Source: Podospora anserina (lineage: Eukaryota). Taken from it: a stretch of DNA of 64,000 nucleotides. Position numbers and translations under genes: made by a program. The first letter of the stretch is position 1. Every line of letters starts with the position of its first letter. The stretch spans positions 1,860,001 to 1,924,000 of the forward strand of contig CM030335.1 of NCBI GenBank assembly GCA_017654855.1. The letters are read 5' to 3'. Shown piece by piece: positions 25,101-34,983 of this stretch. A model generated the notes under the pieces. It was not told the origin of the DNA. It searched no databases and was given only the letters and a program-made list of their open reading frames with translations.

Positions 25101-28100
25101 GACTATAGGATTACGAAATTAAGTTAAAAAAAGGAATTAAATTATAATTATTTAAAGTTTATTATATTAATAATAAATAAAATAAAGAATTACGGAAATA
25201 CTTAAACGAAAATTTAAAAAAAAAATATATTAAAGAGTTTATATCGCTAGTAGGATACCCTATATTTTTTATACCGAAAAAGGATAACGGTTTATAATTA
25301 TATATAAATTACCGTTAATTAAATAATAAAATAATAAAAAATAATTACCCGTTATTATTAATATTTAAATTACGGAATTAATTAATAAAGGCGTAATACT
25401 TTATACACTTAAATATATTTATCGGGTACGCCTATATATAAATTAAAGAAAAAAATAAATAAAAAATAACGTTTCGTATACCCTATAATTATTTTAAATA
25501 TTTCGTAATATTATTTAAATTAATTAATATACTTATAATATTTTAATTTTTTATTAATTATATAATCCGGAAGTACTTTAATAAAATAATAGTATATTAT
25601 TTTAATAACGTTTTTATTTATTTATATACTTTAAAAAAGTATAAACAATATATACGAAAGATATTCGATACGTTATACGGAGCCGGACTTTTAATTAATA
25701 AAAAGAAAAGCGAGTTTTATATATAAAAAATAATATATTTAGGATATTTAATATCGTTAAATAAAGTTTGTATAAAACTTAAGAAAATTACGGTAATTAA
25801 AGATTAATTTACGTTATAATTATAAATATACGTTAAAGAATTTTTAAAGTTTATAAATTTTTATTAAATATTTATTTATAAATATATAAGTATTATATAA
25901 CTATTTAATTATTTAATTAAGAAGGACGTAGAGTTCCGGTAAAGGTAAAAAGAGGAGTAAGCTTTTTAAGAGTTAAAAGAAGTTATTTTAAAGGACTTAA
26001 TATTTAAATTACTAAACCTTAATCGATTATTTAAAATCGAGGCGGATATATTAAACTATATAATCGGTAAATAATTAAAATAATAAAATAACGATAATAA
26101 ATTATACCTAGTAACTTTTTTTTTAAAAAAATTTAAAGAGGTACGTTAAAATTATTTAATTTACGATAAGGAATTATTTACTATTATCGAAACGTTCGAG
26201 GAATAAAAGTTATATTTTAATAATATTAAATACGAAATATAGGTTTATATAAATTATAAAAATCTATAATATTTTATTATTACGAAAGTCTTTAACGTAC
26301 GGTAAATATAATAATTAAAGTTTCTTTCGGAATTTAATTTCTAAATTAATTATAAAAAGGGTTCGGAAAATATTAAAGTAAATATATTTAACCGGCGGGC
26401 CGACTATTATAAAAATATACTTAAAAAATTATTATTATTATTTAAAGAAATATTAAACGGTACTCTTAAATATTTATTATAACCGTAAATAAAATATTAT
26501 ATAGTATATCGTAAAAAAATTACTTTTAGTAAATACTAAAGGAAATTAAATAACGATATTATAAAATAATATTAATAAGAAAAACTAGAACTATAAAATA
26601 TTTAAAAAAAATAATTAAAGAAAATTATAATATAAGAATCGAACGTATATAATATTAGGTAATAGAACGATATTAATAATAAAAATTTATAAATCGAAGC
26701 TCGGAAAATATATAAATATCGTAAAGACTATAGAAAAAATTAAATAATATTTTAATTAATTAAAGATTAAAAATAATATTAAAGAAGTTATTTAATTATA
26801 CTATATATATAAGAAAATAAGGGTTACGAAGTATAAACTTTATAAATTTTTAAAATTATTATTAATAATAAAACGATTATAAAGTTTAATTATAATAAAC
26901 TTTATTATTAAATTATTAAAGTCTAAAAATATAGTAATTAGCGTTAAGTATAATAGTATATTAATAGTAATCGATAGACTTACTAAATAAATATACTTTT
27001 TACTTTATAAGGAAACTTAATTAATAAAGTAATTAACGGATATAATATTATAATATATTATATTAATATATATATAATTAAAAAAGTTTATTACGGATCG
27101 TAATATTAAATTCGTATTAAAGTTTTAAAGAGTATTAATAATAAAGCTAAAGGTAATAAATAAAGCGTTTTTAGTTTACTACCCTTAAACGGATAATTAA
27201 ACGGAACGGTTTAACTAAATTATAAAATAATATTTATAAAATTATATTAATTTTAAGTAGGATAATTAAATTAAATTATTATTTATAATATAATTAATAT
27301 ATAATATATTATTAATTAAAATAATTAAAGCTATATTATTTTTTATAAACTTTAAATATAAAATAGACTTACGGTAAAAACCTAACGTTAAAGTATTTAG
27401 GGCTAAAGTTAAAGTAAATAAGCTATATATATTCTATAGTAAGTTTAAGTAAAAACTAAAGTTTATAAAGAAAAGAATATAGAAATACTATAATACTAAA
27501 AAGCTTAAAAAACTTTACTTTAAAGGGAAAAATATAATATTCCTTTCTATATATAATTTACGTACTAAAAAACTTAGTAAGAAACTAAACTATAGGAAAG
27601 TAAGTTTATTTAAAGTTAAAAGGAAGATTTTAAAAATAATATTTAAATTAAAATTATTTAGTATAATATATTTACAATTATATACCTTTTATATTTTATT
27701 TTTAAAATCCATATTATTAATAAATAAAATTAATATATAAATAGTAGCGAAAGATAAAAAAAAAAAATATAATATAAAAAAAATATTAAATTTATAGTTT
27801 AATAAAAATTAATTAAAATATTTAATTAATTAATTAAAATATTTAATTATAAATAATTCGTAGGAACTATAAATATATTTTAATTATTTAAATAAATAAA
27901 AATTTTTTATTAATAATCTTTAAATTAATTAAAATTTAAATAAAAAAAATAAGTCCTTAAATTACTATTAAATAATAATAATATAGAAATTAAAGAATTT
28001 TAATAAAAATCGAATTTACGTTTTTAATATAATAATTAATATATTATATACTATACTATAAAATTAAAAAGTATAAAGGAAATTAAATATAAATAATATT

Positions 28101-28129
28101 ATATATTTTAATTACTTTAAAAAGTAAAA

Positions 28130-28680
28130 AACGTATTAGCGGCGGTATTTTAGGAGGTTAAGAAGGAAAGACCGGCCACGTCCGGGTCTAAAGAAAGGTT
28201 AAGCGGTTAATCGAAGTTTAAAAAAGGATTTAAAAAAAAAAATCGGAAGGAATAACGGAAATGTTTACCGCCGGCGGGCTATATAGGGTAATAAGCTGCG
28301 CGGAAAACTCTCTCTCTTCCTCCTTAAAAAGCCGAGATTTATGACGGAAAGTAATAAGGGCTCGAGCTTTAAAGGTACGCGATTACGCTTCGAAACGAAA
28401 AAATTTATTTAAAGTAATTTACTTTTCGGTATTTAAACGTTTTTTCTCCCTAATTAGAGAACGGACTATAAAGATAATTAAAAAAAACAAAAAAAGGTTA
28501 AGGAAAAAACTTATAATCTATACTATAAATATTATAATAGGAACGACTCGAATTAATATACGGGAAGTACCGGTCGTATTAAAGGAAAGCTATATATTAA
28601 AGGTTATTCTTTTTATAATAAATATATTTAAATATAATATAATTAAATTTCTTAAAAAAATATATTTAATTATAATAATA
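28130..28680 (-). pseudogene. RIP-degraded antisense gene inside the retrotransposon: Zn2Cys6-like motif plus coiled coil, putative intron 28514-28466
   Basis: Minus-strand frame FKYIYYKKNNL*YIAFL*YDRYFPYINSSRSYYNIYSID/FRSLIREKKRLNTEK*ITLNKFFRFEA*SRTFKARALITFRHKSRLFKEEEREFSAQL. All stops are TAA and the Tyr spacing is x2-x6-x8-x2-x6. Ends are approximate. Confidence 0.6.
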
Positions 28681-31486
28681 ATCGGTACTCGTATAAATTA
28701 ATTTCTTTATATAATTAAATATAATAATTAAAATAAAAGAGGAGAGAAATTTATAATAGAAATACGGAAAAAAGGAGGATCAATAATTATTTTAAAAATA
28801 TAATTACCGGAGTATCGACCTAAAAAAAGGGGTATTATATTATAATTAACCTAACGGTAAATCGCGCTATATATAAAACGTAAGTCGTCCTTAACTAATT
28901 ATTTAAGAAATTAAGGAATAAGCCGATCAGGGCTAAGCAAAAGTACTATAGCGTTAAGGCTCACGAGTAATCTATAAAATATAAAATACTAAGGATAATC
29001 AGAGGTATAGCACGATAAACATAATATAAATATAATATACTAAAAGTAATTAGAAATATAGTACGACGAGTATAATATAAAATATAATATACTAGGAGTA
29101 ATCGGGCCTATAGCAAAGCGAGTACCTTACGGCCCTAAGGTCTATATATACGGAGGAACTAGCTAGTGTAGATAGATAGTTCCGTAGTATGCAATTTAAA
29201 CTTATATTTACGGTAGCTAGTATTTACATTAAAACATCTTATTATGCACTATTTAACTGTACCGAACTAATTATTAAAAATTACCTTTAACTAGTATCCC
29301 TTTCAGAGGTTCTATATAGGGGTTCGTTACAAAAGTATTCGGCTCGCTTGTTTATTCGGCTCGCTTATTATGTACGTTAAGCCTAACGTATATAGTTTAT
29401 TTAAAATGAGCTAATAAACGCTGGCTCCCCTTAACCCCCTTTTTTTCCCGGTAGCTTAAGTATCGAGGATGGGGAGATCTTAGGTAGGTAGGTGTCTGAG
29501 CACACTGTGTGCTATAAGAAGGGATATTTGAAAATGCTAGGTAGAGTGTGTTTGGTAATAAGGTACAAAGGCCTGTTGGATATCTGTAGAAGTGTATTAA
29601 TCTATGTTTAAGGATGATTAAATATATTTAAAGTAAAAGGCCTATTAATTATCTTTAAAAGCTAATTAATTATAGCTAATAAAAAAAAAGTCGTGGCTAA
29701 AATACTTATAGAAAATTTTTAAATTTAAAGTAAGTCAGAAATAAAATGATACTAAAATATAAGTAAGGTATGGTAAATATATATTATAGTATTAATATAG
29801 TTAAGAGGGTTATGGGATTTAGGGGAAAGGGATTTATTACTTCAACGACGAAAATAGGAGTACATAGGGGGCGGAGTCGCAGGAAGACTCTCCCCCTTGA
29901 CTTTTGCACAAATCACTTATTCTTCAACAGTTAATAGGTAACGCTAATGTGTAATTTAGCTGGTATATGACCCATGCATCGCTTTATGCTATTTTCTAGA
30001 TTCAAGGTACCGTAGGATGTTCATGTTGCGCCACAGTCGTTCTCTCCCAGATTTGAATTTGCATATATCAGATGAGAAGTTTTTCCAGTCACGACTTCTA
30101 AAGACTTGGTATACATAAGGTCAGCAGGTGCTTGGATCCTTGTCTTGAGGTGTAAGACTCACTCAGTTCCCTAAGCTTTGCCAGAGTCTGAACAAGGTCT
30201 CTTTTGAAAAAGGGCTCCATGGCAGCTGGGGATCCAAATACAAGATACTGAAATTGAGCTAAATGCCCATTTCAAATAGAATCTTCTGCTTGACTATCTG
30301 AATTGTCTCTCAGATTCAAACCTTCCACTGAAGCAGCCGTTCCTGCCAGTCCGAAGCACTTCTGGGTCACAGGTTAATGTAAATAGGACTTCCTCTCGTC
30401 ACTGGGCCATATTCAAATTGCACCTTCCTCAGATCAGTCAAATTTGCAGTCTCTCTCAATAGATGCTGAAGTTCATTCCTCTTCCATCCACCTACAAAAA
30501 CTTTCTCTCGTCATGAAGATTGGCAGTATCTTCTCATGCTAGATGCCGGAATCTCTCCTCTTCCACATATCTACAAATACTTCCTCTTCCCACCTCTCAT
30601 CTTGTGCTCTCGTTCAAACAGTCTGAATCACCAACTACTAACCTCCTTCCTCTTATCACCCAGTTAGGCAGAATCAGACTTTCCTCATGCCAGTCGATTC
30701 CCAATCTCTTTTCAGGCTTGATGCCAAACTCTTTCTTCTCCCACCCCCTTACAAATACTTCCTCTCTCCCTCCCATCTCAAGTTTCTCACCCAAACAGCC
30801 TTGGGTCCTAGGTCGCCAGACAGTCTGAACCACCGCGGGCTTCTGTGGCCTATCTTTACACTCCACCTTTCCATCCTCGCTACTCAATTTTATCTCTACT
30901 CACACTCCCTATCGGCTCCCACAGCTGACTTTCGTAGGTAACCTACTTCCATGACTTTTGCCGACCTACCTCCACAGCGAGGTCCAGTTTCTGACCTACT
31001 CCATCAGTCTTCATCTCGGCAACCTCTCTCATCGCCATCCAATCTCTCACCTTGCTCCTGCCCCCTGAAACATCATCCCCCAAAGAAGTTCCCAACGACA
31101 AAAATCCTGCCCATCACCATCGCAATAACAGGCAGGAGGGGCTCTCCTATCAGTAGAATCTCCCGTTTTCTTCCCTCCAGCTTTGTTATCGTTCCTCAGC
31201 CTCTGGATTGATCTCACGACCATCTATTAACCCACATCTCTTCTCTCAAAAGTCTTCTTATTTCCTTCTATTGCTTTCAACTGAGCGACGCCTACTCAGC
31301 TCCCTTTGCCATCTCTTCAACTCGATCTCTCTGTCTGGGTCTACCTACCCATCCAAACCATCAACCTCACGCGTATCGACGGATCCAACAAGACATCAGG
31401 GTTATTAACCGAGGCGTATCAACTTGCAATTCAGGCCTGATTTGTTTATGGTGTAGATCTCTTTCATCTTTGAAAGAGGCCTAACA

Positions 31487-34232
31487 ATGAATAATAACGA
31501 CGGTGGTGGTGGTGGTGATGCAGGGGGAGGAGAGGCACCTGGGGGTAGATACTGCGTCATGCCAGGCTGTAACCAGCGGCAGGCTCAGAGAAGGCTACTC
31601 CTGCAGAGGGAAAACGAGCGGTTGCACGGGGAGCTGAGGGAGGCGAGGGAGGAGCTTGCGGGGGAGAGGGCCGAGAAGGAGAAGTTGAGGGAGAGGGTGA
31701 GGGTGTTGGAGGCGAGGTTGGGGCCGAGGGGGTTGCATACTGAGCGGGTAAGTTTGCTTTGATTCAGGGGGAAATCCAGGGGCTAACCAACAATGAATAC
31801 AGACGTGGCAGGGCTTGCTCAGGGACTTTCTCAGTGATGTGCCAGGGTTGACGTATCGGATGGTTTTTAAGCAGAGTGCCAAGGAGGAGAACATGAGTAC
31901 GCTGGTTACTTGGAGGCATCCTGATTTGAGGTTTGTGCCGGGGGTGCGGGCGGTGGTGGAGGAGGAGAGTGAGGAGGAGAGTGGTGAGGAGGGGAGTGAG
32001 AGTGGGAGTGAGGAGGGAGAGGGTAAGGAGGAGGAGGAGGAGGAGGAGGAGGAGGAGGAGAGTGAGGAAGGGGAAGGAGGTGATGATGACAACGAGCTGC
32101 CAGGAGCAATGCTGGACCCCCTGATGGGCATATTGACACGCACCCCTCAGCAGGCTGTCGTCAAGTACGCCAAGTCCTTCCCCTTTGAGAAGCTCCCCGG
32201 GTTCATCCAGCTTGACATCTTCAAGAAAGTCCTCTTCAAAGACGGTCAGCTGATCCACTGCGTCTCCCGACTGGACGCCTTCCACCCCCCTTCCACCTTC
32301 CCCCCCGAGGAAGAGCTGGAGCGACGGTCTGGACTGCGGCACTTCTTCTTCTGGGGTCCGGAAAAAGACTGCTGCGTCAACACCGACGGCCACGAACCCG
32401 CCGAGGTGCTCGCTTTACTCCAAGTCTCCAAACGGTTCCTCTTTCTGGGCACGCACGTCTTCTACGGGCTCAACACCTTTGCCTTTTCATCCCTGGGCGA
32501 GTTTCATCGCTTCTGTCAGGGGAGCGGGGTTGCGAGGGTGGAGAGGATCCAGCATGTTGAGATTGTCTGGACGGGCAACCAGCACCTCACGGCACCGACA
32601 TACAGGCGGGTGGCGGCGAATGGCGAAGAGGTTGGCGCGCCCATGGTGCCGTTCTCGCGGAGGACTCACGCGTTGAGCTGGCTGGTTGATATGAAGAGGT
32701 TGAAGACTCTGGTGGTGCATATCAATGAGTCGCAGAAGAGTTGTATGCGGAGGGGGACGGAGCACCCGGCTATGAAGAGGCTGCTGGGGAACAAGACCAA
32801 GGGGCAGCCTAATTACAGGATGAATAGGGCTTTGAGGACGGTTCAGGGGGTGGATTATATTTACCAGCTCAGGGGGATGGAGCGGGTGAAGTGGTATGAT
32901 TTGAACAAGGCGGTCCGTTCGGGTGGTGGGGTGAGGCACGAGGTGGAGGATTGGAGTTTTGAGAGGGATATTGAGACTGTGGTCGCCATGCCCAAGGTGC
33001 CAATTAGGGCCGAGGGGAGTCGGTTAGAGAAGCTGAGGGGGCTGGTTGGAAGGGGTTCGTTTGGGGATGATGAGGAGGTTGGCGATAAGGGTGATGGTGG
33101 TGGTGGAGGAGGAGGAGGAGGAGTAGGGAATGGTGGTGGGAGTGATGGCGGTGGTGGCGGAGCTGGTGCGAGCCAGGGCCAGTGGAAGCCACCCGAGAAA
33201 GACTGGGAGCTCGTGAGGGATACCTACAGTCTGGGGAACGGCCGGTGCTCGTACGATGAGCTCAGAGAGGGAGGAAGTAGGGAGTATGATGCCGATGTGG
33301 CCAGCTTCGCGCTGGGAAGCAGCAGGGGTGGAGGAAGAAGAAGAGGAGGTAGAATGGCTAGAGGGAGGCGTTCAGGGAGCGTTGCAACGCACACAACCAC
33401 TACAGGCTACACATCGAACCTATCCACCAGGATCTCAAACCTGTCATCCGGGCTCTCACAACTCCACTCCAGCTCTTCAAAGCTTGCTCGCCCTCCCTCG
33501 ATTGCCCACTCCAGGGCCAGCTCGCCGCTCTTTGTAGGCAGCTCAGATGACGACAGCGAGCTGGTCATCCTAGACTCGAGGCCCATCTCCTTCAACAGAA
33601 CCACCGAAGCCGCCGACGGAGAGCGCTTACGAGCCATGCTAGACGACCTCCCCCCCGCCAACCCCTCTGCTCAAGGTAGCATGCAAACCCCCCATTCAAC
33701 AGCCCCAAGACGCTGCACCACCACTTCCTCCCTCTTCGTCAGCGGCTACAACACCCCTCTTATCCAAAACCCCAGCACACCAACTCCTCAAGCTCCCCCA
33801 AGAACCCCCTCAATGTCAGCCTTGCCCCCTGGCATCGCCCAACCCCCCAGCGGCGGGCTCTTCGTCACCCCTCGCCCCTCCGCTCCCACTCCTCCCCGCC
33901 TGGCACCATCAACACCCTCCATAAAGCGGGAGTCATCCACCCCCGTCCCCATAATCCACCCCTCTAGGTCAGGGGAGCAGATCGATCTCACCCACGACGA
34001 CGACGCGTCCGAAATCGTGGATTTGACCGAGCAAAACGACGAGGACACCGACGATGAGAAGAACAGTGTGATCTCCAGCGATAGTGACGACGATTCCGAC
34101 AACGAGGAGGAGGACACACCCGATGCGAACCAGCTCAGAACACCACCTCCTAGCTCACGCAAGAAGCGGGGGCTCGATGATGCAGGGGGTGAGGACGAGG
34201 GTAGCCCCAGTAAAAGGGCGAGGAATGAATAA
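31487..34232 (+). CDS. Hypothetical ~896-aa protein: coiled coil, acidic tract, F-box-like segment plus fungal domain of unknown function, disordered tail with SIM-like motifs and NLS. Exons 31487-31747, 31803-34232
   Basis: Intron GTAAGT...GCTAAC...CAG fuses ORFs 31487 and 31815 in frame. FPFEKLPGFIQLDIFKKVL, LLQVSKRF...VFYGLNTFAF, IDLT and VDLT, RKKR...PSKRAR. Confidence 0.8.
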
Positions 34233-34624
34233 ATGGGAGTTGAAAAGGGGGTAAATGGGCGGGAATGGGACTGATTTTCATCTTGATATGCGTTGATTTG
34301 TTGCTTCATATAGGAGACGTTGCATTTAACGGGATATCAAGTGCCAAACAGGGGCAAAATGGGGTGTTATACCATGTATGCTGCGTGGGATGGGAGTTAA
34401 CGTTGAAATTTCATGGGATTTATAGGTCATTTATTTGGGGGGGAGTTCATGTAATTAGTTTATATTACCTAACGGGGTTTTGCCAATAACAAAAATGCGT
34501 TGATTTACAAATATTCTGCTATGATCGTGAGTAACAATTCATTTTGTTTCGAGTATAAAAAAGTAAAGACAAGCAAAAAAATTCAAGTTAAACGTGAATG
34601 GAAAAAGATATGAAATATCACATG

Positions 34625-34696
34625 TGCCCACAGCCAGAATCGAACTGACGACCTCATCATTACTAGTGATGCGCTCTACCACTGAGCCATGCGGGC
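34625..34696 (-). tRNA. tRNA-Thr (anticodon AGT)
   Basis: GCCCGCATGGCTCAGTGGTAGAGCGCATCACTAGTAATGATGAGGTCGTCAGTTCGATTCTGGCTGTGGGCA. Cloverleaf with CATCA-CT-AGT-AA-TGATG arm, GTTCGA T-loop, and a downstream T-run. Confidence 0.97.
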
Positions 34697-34983
34697 CTAT
34701 TGGTTGCTGCTGTTGTATTACCCACCCCACCCACGACTTATCATTGTAACCATTCCTCCATCCTTTGCTCCACCACCCCCATACCTCCCCCCTTTACCTC
34801 CCCCCTTTTGCCCTCCCCGTTCATTCCTCCGACCCACCATAGCTCTCGCACCACCGCCTTCCCTCACAGCAACACCACATACTACCAGCTCACACAAAAA
34901 TCACAACGCAACGCATACATTCACCATCAGTTACGTACCAAACCCTCAACCCATATCACACAAAAATTGAATACACATCCCTC

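Larger units (their letters stand above)
21858..29331 (+). mobile_element. Full-length Ty3/Gypsy chromovirus (7474 bp, crapaud-like), heavily RIP-mutated. LTRs 21858-22351 and 28838-29331
   Basis: Two 494-bp direct repeats with TSD AAAGT (21853-57, 29332-36) and a purine tract before the 3' LTR. RIP-degraded domains in Gypsy order: gag (PERYRGGK; YFNYNKVKYFKKNY from CX2CX4HX4C, ~23321), RT (GYPIFFIPKKDNGL*LYINYR*LN ~25250; YFNN from YLDD ~25600), RNase H (IYDKELFTI ~26160), integrase (YP*TDN*TER ~27180), chromodomain ~27770-27890. Confidence 0.95.
19512..29377 (+). mobile_element. Fot1/pogo-family (Tc1/mariner) DNA transposon, RIP-inactivated, ~1.88 kb after removing two nested insertions
   Basis: TA target duplications at 19510-11 and 29378-79. 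TIRs begin ACGT and contain 17-bp AAGCGAGCCGAACAGAC units. Transposase relic from ATG 19628: HTH region, IYNFDE, LLILDG, C-terminal CSVCGKPGHNARTC knuckle, many TAA/TAG stops. Confidence 0.93.

Noticed and set aside
22350-28840. AT-rich block as centromere, mitochondrial insertion or foreign DNA
   Set aside because: Explained by a RIP-mutated Gypsy element with paired LTRs, TSD and ordered domains; CpG is retained while CpA/TpG are lost.
29900-31450. Spok meiotic-drive gene, het/NLR gene or Starship captain next to the TE island
   Set aside because: No long ORF and no recognisable nuclease, kinase, NACHT, HET or tyrosine-recombinase motifs seen by eye.
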